Shown: one piece after another, positions 9,508 to 18,979 of the stretch
Numbering within the stretch: the first letter of the stretch is position 1
Layout: every line of letters starts with the position of its first letter
Source: a virus
Lineage: Duplodnaviria > Caudoviricetes
Strand: one strand, 5' to 3'
IMG/VR virus record: IMGVR_UViG_3300037704_000074
Location: 1 to 50,115 of that record
Length of the DNA: 50,115 nucleotides
Made by a program: the position numbers and the translations under genes
The notes under the pieces: generated by a model
Seen by the model: only the letters and a program-made list of their open reading frames with translations
What the model was told of the DNA's origin: nothing
Database searches by the model: none

Positions 9508-9917
9508 GACGTCGCGCGCTGGATCGCGCCCTGTGCGTTGAACACGACAGTCGTCATCGCTGCCGCACCCATCTCGCCTGCGATCGGCTGGTAGCTAAGC
9601 ATGATGCAGGTGGCGCTGTATTTCGGGTTCGTTGCCGACGTGACCGTACCCGACGCCCAGGTCGAGACTACGAACGCCGACCCCGCCGCATACCTGGGCT
9701 GCAACGTCGCGTCGACCGACGCCGCGGCAAAGTCCTGGTAGAAGTCGACCGTGATCTGGTCGGCCGGCAGACCGAGCGCGAGCTGTGTCGCCGTGTCGCC
9801 CATCGCTGTAACATCCACCGTCCCGTACGTCGACTCTACGGTGACCGACCGCACGTGATCGGACAGGTTGACGCCGTCGGCGACCAACGAGGCGTTCTTG
9901 AGAACGAACTTCGCCAT
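9504..9917 (-). CDS. Major tail (tube) protein
   Basis: 'GVNLSDHVRSVTV...VDVTAMGDT...GL...VDFYQDFAAASVDATL...SATNPKY'. Confidence 0.8.
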   Translation of the reverse strand: MAKFVLKNASLVADGVNLSDHVRSVTVESTYGTVDVTAMGDTATQLALGLPADQITVDFYQDFAAASVDATLQPRYAAGSAFVVSTWASGTVTSATNPKYSATCIMLSYQPIAGEMGAAAMTTVVFNAQGAIQRATS

Positions 9918-9934
9918 CTAATCCTCCTTCATCG

Positions 9935-10309
9935 TTACGGCCGGACATCGACCGTAAGCCGGGCTGCCAGAAACGCCATTCCTCCTTCCTCCAGTCGCCG
10001 ATACGGTCCCGCCTGAATGACCGTCGCGTCTCCAACCGCCGCATCCTCGATCGCCGCCCGGACGCCATTGCGCGAGGTGTAGGCGTCGAGCTGGGTCTGC
10101 GCCGCCTCCAGATCGTTTGTGGAGACGACCAGCGTCACCCAGAAGCTGTATAGCGGTTCGCCCATCGAGGCATCATGGTAATCGATCTTGGCCAGCTCGA
10201 TCACCGCTGCCGGCGGCATCACATTCGCCAACCGCGCTACGACGTGGAGCCCAGGAACCGCCTGGAGCGCGCCGGCCAGCGCCTCGCGGATATCGCCGAT
10301 CTCGCTCAC
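9935..10309 (-). CDS. Tail terminator-like protein
   Basis: GTG start overlapping the adaptor stop; 'IREALA.AL..VPGL...PPAAVI...AQ.QLDAY'; synteny. Confidence 0.7.
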   Translation of the reverse strand: MSEIGDIREALAGALQAVPGLHVVARLANVMPPAAVIELAKIDYHDASMGEPLYSFWVTLVVSTNDLEAAQTQLDAYTSRNGVRAAIEDAAVGDATVIQAGPYRRLEEGGMAFLAARLTVDVRP

Positions 10310-10893
10310 GGAGTAATCCTTCGAAGCCGCGACAACAGCACCTGCACGTCCGGGTCGATCTGGGACCGGATTCGGACGGGCGCCCCCTCGATCACGACCG
10401 CCTCCACGCCCAACGGCGAGGACCGCACCCGCTTGAGCCACCGCAGCGCCTGCAACGTCGTTGCCTGCTTGACGCGATCCGGGATCGTCGGCCATCCAAA
10501 CTTGCCCACAATCTGGATCGACCGTGGATGGCGGTAGAATCGCTTGGTTCCAAGCGCCGAGACCTCGATCCGGGTGAATGGGCGTCCATCCGCCTCAGCG
10601 TTGTAGGGCGCCAACACGTAGTCGCCCGTTGCCCAGGTCGTCTCGAATGTACCGTCCCCGTCGTCGTCGCCCTTGAGCGTCGTGATCGTCACGAGATCGT
10701 CCACGATCGCCTCGGACCAGTTGCCGGCGAAATAGCGCGTCACATCGGCCTCGTCCGGCCAGAACTTTCGACCGCAATAGCTCTCAACCGCCTCCTCAGC
10801 GGCGTCGATGGCGGTCTGCGCCTGGTCATCGATCGGCAGATCACCGAGCTGCGCCGTGCGCCTGAAGGCCTCCATGTCCACGTACTTGCTCAA
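10306..10893 (-). CDS. Head-to-tail adaptor (gp6/gp15-like)
   Basis: 'IDAAEEAVESYCGRKF...G.FGWPTIPD.VKQAT...R.LKR..SPLGV...IDPDV..LL'. Confidence 0.85.
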   Translation of the reverse strand: MSKYVDMEAFRRTAQLGDLPIDDQAQTAIDAAEEAVESYCGRKFWPDEADVTRYFAGNWSEAIVDDLVTITTLKGDDDGDGTFETTWATGDYVLAPYNAEADGRPFTRIEVSALGTKRFYRHPRSIQIVGKFGWPTIPDRVKQATTLQALRWLKRVRSSPLGVEAVVIEGAPVRIRSQIDPDVQVLLSRLRRITP

Positions 10894-10908
10894 ACCGGGC
10901 CTCCCTCG

Positions 10909-11559
10909 TCACCGACCGTACATTCCGTATTCGGGGCGCCTCATGTGCCACTGCTCTCCGTACGCGGGCAAGTCGGCATGCTCGACGACGATCTCCGTGT
11001 TCCAAAGGATCGGGTAGCCCCGCTCCTTAGCCCCGACACACAGCGACGTCCATTCCGTGTTCTCCGTCATGTCGTCGTCGTCTTGCTGCTGGAACCGAAC
11101 TCGCCGGTGAACTTCCGCCGGCACCAGCACGCAGCACCCGACGCTAAACATCTCGTAGATTCCGGATGGTGGCGGCTCTGGGCTTGAATGCTGCTGGAAG
11201 CTCGGACGAACCCCCGCGGTGTCGTAATGCACCTGCTTGCCCTCGATCAGAGTCAAGGGCGCAACGATGCCGCGCTCGCTGGTGGCGAGCAGCCGCCACA
11301 GCAGATCCGGTCGGAACGTGATATCGGGATCGATCCACAGCGCCCACTCGTGGTGAGACTTTAGGCTATCGTCGATCGTCGCTTGTCGCCCCAGCGCCGC
11401 CCGCCGCGAGTAGTTCTCGCCCTCGTAGTCCTTGACCCAGGGGCGTTTGTCCCACCAGACATCAACGTCCTCTAATGCGCCTACGTTATTTTTGAACCGC
11501 TCCAGCAGCGCGGGGTGCATGTCCGGCCGGATCGGCGCGGGCACCAGGACGCGGTTCAT
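10909..11559 (-). CDS. Glycosyltransferase, GT-A fold (family 2/Anp1-like)
   Basis: DxD motif 'WALWIDPDI', 'SVGCCVLV', C-terminal 'V.H'. Confidence 0.75.
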   Translation of the reverse strand: MNRVLVPAPIRPDMHPALLERFKNNVGALEDVDVWWDKRPWVKDYEGENYSRRAALGRQATIDDSLKSHHEWALWIDPDITFRPDLLWRLLATSERGIVAPLTLIEGKQVHYDTAGVRPSFQQHSSPEPPPSGIYEMFSVGCCVLVPAEVHRRVRFQQQDDDDMTENTEWTSLCVGAKERGYPILWNTEIVVEHADLPAYGEQWHMRRPEYGMYGR

Positions 11560-12206
11560 CGCCTCGCCTGAACGAAGGCGCTCGGGAAGTGGATCTCCGT
11601 GCGCTCTATTGTTAGACCCGCTGCTTCGAACCACGAGGTGAAGCCCGCCAGATCCATCGCCCAGACGTGCCCAGCCGTCTCACCGATGGCCTTCCCCGCG
11701 AACGGGTTGGGAACCGACGTGTCGATGTCGGTGCTCCACGTTCGGTCCGTCAACTCCTCGTTGATGGGACTCGACGCGATGACGCGCCACGATTTCGACG
11801 TCAGCCGCCGCAGCGCCCCCATGGGATCGCGCAGGTGCTCTAGTACCTCCGACATGACGACCACGTCGAAGTGAAGGGTGGGCGTCCATTCCTCGACGTC
11901 GTGCAGCTCGTAGCGCACGTTCGGAAGCGACACCGCCGTGTCCATGAATCCGGGGATGAAATCGACCGCGACCACAGATTCGGCCACTTGAGCCAACCGC
12001 TCGGTCATCATGCCCTCTAAGCATCCGACCTCCAGCACTCGGCCCGGATGCAGCGTCGCGACCCAGTCCACGATCGCGTTCAGCCGGTCGAACTGGTACG
12101 GCTCGACGTAGCCGAATCGGTGCTGCACCCGGCCGTCCGCGAGGGCGAACAGCCGACTCCAGTGTTCACGCAAATCGGGGATCTCCTCGTGGCGGTCCAG
12201 CTTCAT
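11556..12206 (-). CDS. Class I SAM-dependent methyltransferase
   Basis: 'VLEVGCLEG', 'AVDF', 'FDVVVMSEVLEHLRDP'. Confidence 0.9.
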   Translation of the reverse strand: MKLDRHEEIPDLREHWSRLFALADGRVQHRFGYVEPYQFDRLNAIVDWVATLHPGRVLEVGCLEGMMTERLAQVAESVVAVDFIPGFMDTAVSLPNVRYELHDVEEWTPTLHFDVVVMSEVLEHLRDPMGALRRLTSKSWRVIASSPINEELTDRTWSTDIDTSVPNPFAGKAIGETAGHVWAMDLAGFTSWFEAAGLTIERTEIHFPSAFVQARR

Positions 12207-12661
12207 ATCTTCTCCAGGACGAACACCCAGTTGTCGCCCTCGCGCCGCGCGTCGACCTCCCTAAAGTCGCAGCCGTCGCCGTAGTGCGGGTATTTGGTGT
12301 GCAACCAGTGACCCGGCGTCCAGTAGCAGAAGGTCTCGCGCGTCGCCCATCGCTTATGGTCGGGATCGCGAAAGGACTGCTCGACGCCGTAGGCGCACGT
12401 GCGGACCTTGAGCTGCCCGCCCATCTTCAAAATTCGATGCGCCTCCTTCATGAACCCGCGCCAGTCATCAACGTGTTCCCACACATCGTCGGCCAGCAGC
12501 GCGTCGAACTCCGAGTCGGAGAACGGCCAGGGCCGCACTTCCAGATCATGCACGACATCGACGCCGTCCAGCTTAGCGATGTCCAGATTCACCCACTCGA
12601 TCGGCGGCTGCTCGCTGGACGGCCGGATGTCGGTCCCGCAGCCAATGTTGAGCGCCCTCAT
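12203..12661 (-). CDS. SAM-dependent methyltransferase (Methyltransf_11-like)
   Basis: 'LNIGCG...NLDI...VDVVHDLEVRPWPF.DSEFD...VWEH...EAHRILK.GG...DPDH'. Confidence 0.9.
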   Translation of the reverse strand: MRALNIGCGTDIRPSSEQPPIEWVNLDIAKLDGVDVVHDLEVRPWPFSDSEFDALLADDVWEHVDDWRGFMKEAHRILKMGGQLKVRTCAYGVEQSFRDPDHKRWATRETFCYWTPGHWLHTKYPHYGDGCDFREVDARREGDNWVFVLEKI

Positions 12662-12858
12662 GGCTTCTCCTCGAAGTCGAGCGTCCACTCTTCGATCTGG
12701 GGACCGAAGCCGACTGGCCGAGACTCGTGCGCCACCAACAGCCCATCGGGTCGTTCGGTGGTGTACAGCGTCTTCGGCTTGTCCGCCGGCGCGTCGTCGT
12801 TCTTGGTGGTCTGTCCCCTGCTAAGATCCCGAATGCCGTATCGATTCCGGGGCCTCAT
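12658..12858 (-). CDS. Hypothetical protein (66 aa)
   Basis: ATG coupled to neighbours by 4-nt overlaps on both sides. Confidence 0.55.
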   Translation of the reverse strand: MRPRNRYGIRDLSRGQTTKNDDAPADKPKTLYTTERPDGLLVAHESRPVGFGPQIEEWTLDFEEKP

Positions 12859-14036
12859 CGCAGGGCCTCCAGGACGCGGTCGCCAACCGTCAGCTCCTCC
12901 AGGATCGGCTTCCAGAACTCCCGGGTCACCAGATCGACGTCGTACTGCGCCGCGAACTCGACCGCCTTCTCTCTCATCTTCGTTGAGTCGGAATGCCGAT
13001 ACGCCTGCTCCAGACAGCCGGCGATCGAGCGCGGCTCGGGACGGAGGAAGAACGCCCCGTGTCCGGCGTCGTACCAGCGCTGGCCCTCGGTCTTCCACCC
13101 CGATCCGCACAGCTCCGGCATCGAGGTGCAATCGTTGACGATGACCGGCGTTCCGCACGCTTGGGCCTCGATGATCGGGATCCCGAAGCCCTCGCCGTAG
13201 GACGGGTTCGCCAGGACGTCGATCAGCGAGAATAGCTCGGCCATCGACTGCGCGTCGATCCCCAACTCCAGCTCGATCTGTGGTGGGAAATAGACCGCGC
13301 CCTCAATTCCGAACATCCGCGCGAGCGCCTCCAGATTCAGGCCCTGCCGCACCCCCGACTTCTCGGTGTGCACGTACAGGATCGCGTCGCGCCGCTTCTC
13401 CCGGAACTTCGCGAAGGCCTCGAATACCTCGGGGAACGCCTTGCGGGGCGGCGAGAACCCCTGGTTGTTTGCGACCATCCCGACGACGTAGGCGTCTTTC
13501 GGGATGCCGAGTGCCTCGCGTGCACCGTCCGTATCCGCGACCGGCCTGTACACCGACGTGTCAACCCCATGCGGGATGTAAAGTGGGTCCAGGCCAGCCT
13601 CGCGCAGCTTGTCGCGGCCGAACTTGCTCATCGCGATCGGCTTAGCGTTGTGCATCTTGAAATACTCCAGCACCCGGGGCGGCACCGGGTCGTGATCGAC
13701 CGGGACCCAGGAGGCTAGATTGAGATCCCCCAAGAACTGGTTTTGCAATACCCACACATCCATCAGCGTGATCGTGAGGCAGCCCTTGGGGTCGCCCGAG
13801 CCGTGGTACGCGGCGTACGATGCGACGAAACGGTTCCCCCAGTTCTGATCCCCTGGGAGCACGGGCATCCCGTCCCACCACATCTGGGCGCCCTCCAGCC
13901 CGAAGAACGCCGAGATCGCGACTTCGTAGCCGAGGTCTCGGATCTTCGGCGTGAACAGTGCTGTCTGGATCCCGTAGCCGACCGGGCACCATGGCGCGTT
14001 CGAGTGCCACAGGATGCGATTGGTCCGATCAGGCAC
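12855..14036 (-). CDS. Glycosyltransferase, GT-B fold (family 4-like)
   Basis: 'HSNAPW.P.GYG.QT', 'IPHGVDTSVY.P', 'RKAFPE', 'DVLANPSYGEGFGIPIIEAQACGTPVI'. Confidence 0.92.
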   Translation of the reverse strand: MPDRTNRILWHSNAPWCPVGYGIQTALFTPKIRDLGYEVAISAFFGLEGAQMWWDGMPVLPGDQNWGNRFVASYAAYHGSGDPKGCLTITLMDVWVLQNQFLGDLNLASWVPVDHDPVPPRVLEYFKMHNAKPIAMSKFGRDKLREAGLDPLYIPHGVDTSVYRPVADTDGAREALGIPKDAYVVGMVANNQGFSPPRKAFPEVFEAFAKFREKRRDAILYVHTEKSGVRQGLNLEALARMFGIEGAVYFPPQIELELGIDAQSMAELFSLIDVLANPSYGEGFGIPIIEAQACGTPVIVNDCTSMPELCGSGWKTEGQRWYDAGHGAFFLRPEPRSIAGCLEQAYRHSDSTKMREKAVEFAAQYDVDLVTREFWKPILEELTVGDRVLEALR

Positions 14037-14253
14037 TGGCCGCTCGCTTGACCCGCGTGCTCCTCTTCGCCCCCGGCTCCGCCGTCATGTCCTCAACGCC
14101 CCGACGAAGCTTGACGGGGCGAACGAGGCCCATCTGCAGTTCGGAGAAGTCCTTGTGCAGAATCTCCCCCTTGCGTACAACCGAGCCGTCTTTGAGCACC
14201 CACGGCTCGACGACTTCGTAGCAGTCGACGAGACGGACGTCGTCGTCTTCCAT
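14029..14253 (-). CDS. Small head-associated hypothetical protein
   Basis: SD AGGGGAGGG; C-terminal 'VEDMTAEPGAKR' resembles small post-capsid actinophage proteins. Confidence 0.65.
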   Translation of the reverse strand: MEDDDVRLVDCYEVVEPWVLKDGSVVRKGEILHKDFSELQMGLVRPVKLRRGVEDMTAEPGAKRSTRVKRAASA

Positions 14254-14274
14254 GTTTCCCTCCCCTTGGTCGTG

Positions 14275-14304
14275 GGGGGAGCGAGGCCTGTTCCCCGCTC
14301 CCCC
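14275..14304 (-). terminator. GC-rich hairpin downstream of the capsid gene pair
   Basis: GGGGGAGCG...CGCTCCCCC, 9-bp stem; no U-tract. Confidence 0.5.
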
Positions 14305-14319
14305 TCAGCATCCGAACTT

Positions 14320-14484
14320 CTACGGGCTCTGACAGGACGCCGGCCGATCGGCCGCTGCGCCTGTGCACTGCCCGCTCTGCCCGGCCCCGTTCCCCCCGTT
14401 CGTTGGCGGGGAGGGATCCGCGAAAGCCGGAGCCGCGAGGCTGAGCGAGGCCACCAGGGCCACGCTCGCGACGAGCCTCTTCAT
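14320..14484 (-). CDS. Small secreted peptide (54 aa, two Cys)
   Basis: Not in ORF track; SD GGAGG/AAGGA; MKRLVASVALVASLSLAAPAFA|DPSPPTNGGNGAGQSGQCTGAAADRPASCQSP. Confidence 0.7.
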   Translation of the reverse strand: MKRLVASVALVASLSLAAPAFADPSPPTNGGNGAGQSGQCTGAAADRPASCQSP

Positions 14485-14520
14485 TCCTTCACCTCCCCCC
14501 CGTCTTCTCGGCTACTTGCC

Positions 14521-16047
14521 TTACAGCGTCTTCAGGCTCCGGAACGCCTGCCAGGCCAGCACCGTAGCGCTGTTGCGCCACAGCGAGTAGAAGCCTCGCT
14601 GCCCCGTCGGGAAGTTGTTCGCCGTCCCGAACAGGTGCGGGATGATGTCGGCGCTCATGCCGACGCGGTCCACGATCAGGTAGTGCGCGAAGTCCCCGAA
14701 CGTCAAGACCGTGGAGCCGGTCGTGAGCACCGCCGGCATCGCGCTGTACTGATCGATCGGGTATCCGTTCATCTCGCTGCGGTACCCATCCTGTAGGTTG
14801 GCCCAGAAGCCGCCACCGCCGGCCGTGTCGAGCTGGCGAATCTTGCTCTGGATCGTCCTGTGTGACACGAACCGACCAACCGACTGGAACCTCGGGGGCG
14901 TCGCGTCCGAAGTCGCGTACACGTCTGCCAACGTGATGTTGGCGGTCGCCGACGACGTCACAATCGCAGTCGCTCCGTTGTGCAGGCCCTGCGGCTCAAC
15001 GACGCCCGTACCCGACAGGTACTTCGTCGCCTCCAGGTTGTCCTTGGCGTTCTGGACCAGCCGACCGACTTCGGTCCGAAGCTGGTTCCAGTCCTGGTCC
15101 AGCTCGATCGAGAACGGGACGAAGTATTGTGCCCTCTTCGCCTGCACGACCGGCTGGGCGAGCGCCGTCGAGTTGTCGGCGGCCTCCGCGGCCTCCGCGA
15201 CATAGCTCGCCGTTCCCTCGGACCCGGTCACCCCGCGCCACTCGTTCTGAGTAACCGACTCCACCCGACCGATCGCCCGCAGCGGGTTTACCTGCCCGTT
15301 GCTGGTGAGGATGATCGTCGGGTCCAACGTGAACGGCAGAAGAAACCCGCCGGCCGCGCCCGTCCCGATCGCCATCGCACGGGCCTCGTCGCTCGTCAGA
15401 GGCTGAGACGCGAGATGCTTCCAGAAGGCCCGCTCATAGATCGGCGAACCCGTCGCCAGGAACTGCCGCGCCAGGATCTTGTCCGGGTCGGGCGTGTCCC
15501 TCAGCACTCGCTCCGCGGCTGCCTGGCGATCCTCCTTGCTCTTCTCTCCCCTGGCAGGATCGGGGGAGCCATACTTGCCGATCTCGATCGCCTTCATCGC
15601 CCGAGCACGGAGCTGCTGGTCCATGTCGTCCAGGTTGTCGGCCGACGCCCTCACCGTCGACAGGTCGAAGATATCGCCCTGCATTGACTCCGGTGTGCGC
15701 GGCGCCGAAAACCCGAAACGATTCTCCTGCGGCTCGGACTGGGTCTCGGCGATCTCCGCCAGCCTCGCCGCCCGCTTGCTCAGATGCTTGACACGTTCAC
15801 CGATCGCGTCGAACTCGGTATTGAGTTCGTTCCACTCGGTGGTGACCGCCGGCGGAAAATCCTTCCCCCGGTGCTCAGTGTCGATCTCCTGCAGGCGAGC
15901 CTTGATCTCGCTCTTCCGCGCCTCCAGCTCCTCGACCGTGGCATACTGGTCGATAGCCGACACTTCGAGCATGCCGGCAGCGAGCACGAGGCCCACAGTC
16001 GACAGTACGGCCCACAGGCCGCCTACCCAGCGTTTCAAAGAATCCAC
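14521..16047 (-). CDS. Major capsid protein, HK97 fold with N-terminal delta-like domain
   Basis: 'AGGFLLPFTLDPTII', 'SYVAEAAEA', 'GTG..EPQGL', 'FGDFAHYLIVDRVG', 'GQRGF'; follows the protease. Confidence 0.95.
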   Translation of the reverse strand: MDSLKRWVGGLWAVLSTVGLVLAAGMLEVSAIDQYATVEELEARKSEIKARLQEIDTEHRGKDFPPAVTTEWNELNTEFDAIGERVKHLSKRAARLAEIAETQSEPQENRFGFSAPRTPESMQGDIFDLSTVRASADNLDDMDQQLRARAMKAIEIGKYGSPDPARGEKSKEDRQAAAERVLRDTPDPDKILARQFLATGSPIYERAFWKHLASQPLTSDEARAMAIGTGAAGGFLLPFTLDPTIILTSNGQVNPLRAIGRVESVTQNEWRGVTGSEGTASYVAEAAEAADNSTALAQPVVQAKRAQYFVPFSIELDQDWNQLRTEVGRLVQNAKDNLEATKYLSGTGVVEPQGLHNGATAIVTSSATANITLADVYATSDATPPRFQSVGRFVSHRTIQSKIRQLDTAGGGGFWANLQDGYRSEMNGYPIDQYSAMPAVLTTGSTVLTFGDFAHYLIVDRVGMSADIIPHLFGTANNFPTGQRGFYSLWRNSATVLAWQAFRSLKTL

Positions 16048-17411
16048 GACGGACCCTCCTCTTTCGTCGACAAATAGTCCCTGACCTGTGACGAGGTGAC
16101 CAGTTCGCGGTCGGCGTCGCCAGCAGCGGACGAGGTGACCGGCACCGGCACAGGTGCGCGATCGGCGTCGCCCTTTTCAGGACCTTCAAGATACCTCAGG
16201 ATCTCCCGCAGCCGCTTGCGGTCGCGGACATACGTCCCGAGGACGAACTCATCGGTGAGCGACCGAATGCCGGCAGTCGCCCCCTCGTAGGCCGGGAACG
16301 TGACCGGCCCAAACTCGTGCAATTCGACTTCCTTGATCGTCCGCTCAGGCAGCCCGTCCGGGTTGTGGTCACTCCGTTTGGGCTCCTCGACGATCTCCTC
16401 TCGCATGACCCGGAACCGGAACGAGGCCCCGTACAGGCCCTTGTCCAGACCCGGGAGCAGATCGCGGTTGTACGACGTGTCCAGCAGCGGCACCTCGTAG
16501 TAGGCGCCCTTGGGCTCCTCACGCAACTCGGCGATCGGGCCGAGCACCTTGGACCCGATCTGGGGATCGCGGCCGTGCTGGAACAGGGAGCGGATGGAAT
16601 CGCGCCGCTCGACGAATGTCTTGGCGAAAGCACCCATCGCCAGACGCTCCATGAAGTCGCCCTCGAAGATCGATTCGATCCGGGTCCACTGATCGAAGAC
16701 CGCGAAATGCCCGAACATGACCGGGCCGGGGAATCCATCCGCGACCTCGCGCAGCTTCAGATCCGCCGGCCAGATGCCGCGGTACAATGACTCGGTCGGC
16801 AGATCCAGCGCTGAGGACTTGGACGCGCCCTGGTGGCGCGTCAAGTGGTTGCGGATCGATTCCTTGGACATAACCGTAGCTCCCGTCTGGTTTAGCCGCC
16901 CAAGTGCGGCACTTACCCCGCCGGAGTCGGCCGGCCCGTGTGGCGTGGCGTGGTGCGGCAGCGCCCAATGCGCCTGCGTAGCGGGATCCGAGTCGTTGGC
17001 CAGCTCGAACGCGATCGATCGGAAGTCCCCCGCGGTCTTGCACTTGCGCATGGCCGCGGTCCCGTCCCAGCGCGCTTCTTCCAGACCATCCTGGATCGTG
17101 TCGTTCTCCCGATCAGCGTCGTCGTCCGGGTCTGGGTCCTCCGGGGGCCGGAAACCTCGCACGACCGCGGCGCCTGCAAGCGTGGTCGGAATCGCTGGGA
17201 CTGTCGAGACCGGGGTCGTCTCCACGAATTGCTGCCGCTTACCCATCTTGTCCTCCTTCGCCGTCGCGTTGATGTTCAGCGCGGCGAGATGCGCCTGCGC
17301 CGCCCCCTTCGTGGCGTGACACCCCACGGCCTTGCCCGTCGAGTTGAGCACCACCGCCCACGGCTTGCTCGCCGGACACTGTGAGCTGTTCGGCACGATG
17401 TGCCAGGGCAT
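16035..17411 (-). CDS. Prohead protease (HK97/S78) with N-terminal extension
   Basis: 'GHFAVF...F.E....GAF.KT...LFQHG...GASFRF...EVELHEFGPVTFPAYEGA'. Confidence 0.92.
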   Translation of the reverse strand: MPWHIVPNSSQCPASKPWAVVLNSTGKAVGCHATKGAAQAHLAALNINATAKEDKMGKRQQFVETTPVSTVPAIPTTLAGAAVVRGFRPPEDPDPDDDADRENDTIQDGLEEARWDGTAAMRKCKTAGDFRSIAFELANDSDPATQAHWALPHHATPHGPADSGGVSAALGRLNQTGATVMSKESIRNHLTRHQGASKSSALDLPTESLYRGIWPADLKLREVADGFPGPVMFGHFAVFDQWTRIESIFEGDFMERLAMGAFAKTFVERRDSIRSLFQHGRDPQIGSKVLGPIAELREEPKGAYYEVPLLDTSYNRDLLPGLDKGLYGASFRFRVMREEIVEEPKRSDHNPDGLPERTIKEVELHEFGPVTFPAYEGATAGIRSLTDEFVLGTYVRDRKRLREILRYLEGPEKGDADRAPVPVPVTSSAAGDADRELVTSSQVRDYLSTKEEGPSWIL

Positions 17412-17456
17412 TTCCCCTCCCAAAGACCGGGGCGCACGTTTCGAGCGTCCACGTCA

Positions 17457-18971
17457 TCACGATTCCCCCAGGAACGCCGCGAACTCCTCTTCAAGAGTGC
17501 GCCCCCTACGGAAGCCCTCCGGTAATAGAGAGACGTCCTCCGAGCCCCCCGGTACCAGCCTACGCCCGTCCGTGTCACCGGAGCCCGGAGAGTTTGAAGG
17601 GGATATATCCCGTCCCGGGGGTGACCCCGGGGGCGGGGCCGGCGTCGGAGGTGGCGACTGCGGTGGCCCCGCACCCGGAGGCTGGAGCTGCACCGAAAAC
17701 AGGCCCGAGTGCGACTGACGGAGCCGGCGCAGGTCGCCCGAGGTCACAGCTTCGATCACGTCGTCGGGATTATACCCCGCGTCAGTGAGCTGCCTGATCG
17801 AGATCGCGTCCATGTTCAGGATCTTCGCGTTGTCCTCGGCGTCCTCTTGCAGGAACGGGATGTGCTGCTCATCATACCACAGCTCTTTGCCCTCAGGGGC
17901 CCGGAAGATCGTGCTCAGCGCGCCAACCATCTTGGACCACAGCGGGCGCATCGTGGAATCCGCCACCAGCCGGCGCGCAGCTTGGTAGTTGCCGGTGTTG
18001 AGTGCCGACCCCTGCAAGCCTTCGCTGAACTGGGCGATGACCGCGCCCACCCCGGACGCCGCTGCAATCCGGGTCTCGCTCAGGCCCTGCAGATTCCGAA
18101 ACTCCATCTCTTGGAAGTTCGACCCGACCACGTCGGCATCGGCCCCGCCACCCAAAAACATCCGCCTGAAGGCCGACGCCGTGCCCTGGTCGTATTCGGC
18201 GTCGAATAGCTTTTTCCACTCGATGAACTCCTCCACGCCCATGTCCGGTGGCGGCTTGATGATCATATTGGGCGTGGCGCCCTGCTCGAAGAACTTGAGT
18301 TTGTGCTTGGTGGCGGCCTGGTCGCCCATAACCTCGCGGATCAGCGGCGTCAACCAGCTCATCCCGCGCCACGGAGCCATTGGATCCGGATGCGGCATGA
18401 AGTGCGCCACCGACGATGCCGGCAGCCCGATCGGATCGTTGCTGGCGCTTGGGCCGCCCGGATAGTAAAGGTAGCCAATCACGTCGGTATCGAGCGCCCA
18501 GGGCGAGCCCGATTCGTCGTTCCGATTCCCAAACAGGACCTCGATCCAGTCGGGCCGCAGCGACCGAAGCCTGTCCCGGGTGCGATACCCGAACCAATTG
18601 CCGCCGAGATCGGCGAACGTCAGCGAGATAGACAGTAGATCGGTCGTCGTTTTGTTGGGCTCCGGCTTCTCAAGCAGCGACAGGGCTTCGGATGAGGACA
18701 GATCCCCCACGTGTCCGTCGCGCACCTCCCGCCAACGGAACCGCGCCTCTGAAAAGATCATTTGCCGCACCGAACAGCAGCGATACACCGCCGGGGAGGC
18801 CGCGTGCAACACGTCGGAGAACCCTCCGAACGTCTGTGGCGGGTCGTCGCGCTCGGTTCCGTATGTCGTCAGCGGGTGGAACGTGTTGCCGTATTTGAAG
18901 AACTGGGCATACTCGTCCCACGTCAGCGATAAGCCCTCGCGCTGCTTCGTTCGCAGTAGCTTGCCGAGCAT
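17457..18971 (-). CDS. Portal protein (HK97-like)
   Basis: 'LL.KPEP..T', 'LGGN.F', 'LRPDW', 'GMSWLTP', 'FFEQGATP', 'E.RIAAA.GV'; between terminase and protease. Confidence 0.92.
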   Translation of the reverse strand: MLGKLLRTKQREGLSLTWDEYAQFFKYGNTFHPLTTYGTERDDPPQTFGGFSDVLHAASPAVYRCCSVRQMIFSEARFRWREVRDGHVGDLSSSEALSLLEKPEPNKTTTDLLSISLTFADLGGNWFGYRTRDRLRSLRPDWIEVLFGNRNDESGSPWALDTDVIGYLYYPGGPSASNDPIGLPASSVAHFMPHPDPMAPWRGMSWLTPLIREVMGDQAATKHKLKFFEQGATPNMIIKPPPDMGVEEFIEWKKLFDAEYDQGTASAFRRMFLGGGADADVVGSNFQEMEFRNLQGLSETRIAAASGVGAVIAQFSEGLQGSALNTGNYQAARRLVADSTMRPLWSKMVGALSTIFRAPEGKELWYDEQHIPFLQEDAEDNAKILNMDAISIRQLTDAGYNPDDVIEAVTSGDLRRLRQSHSGLFSVQLQPPGAGPPQSPPPTPAPPPGSPPGRDISPSNSPGSGDTDGRRLVPGGSEDVSLLPEGFRRGRTLEEEFAAFLGES

Positions 18972-18979
18972 CCGCTCTC

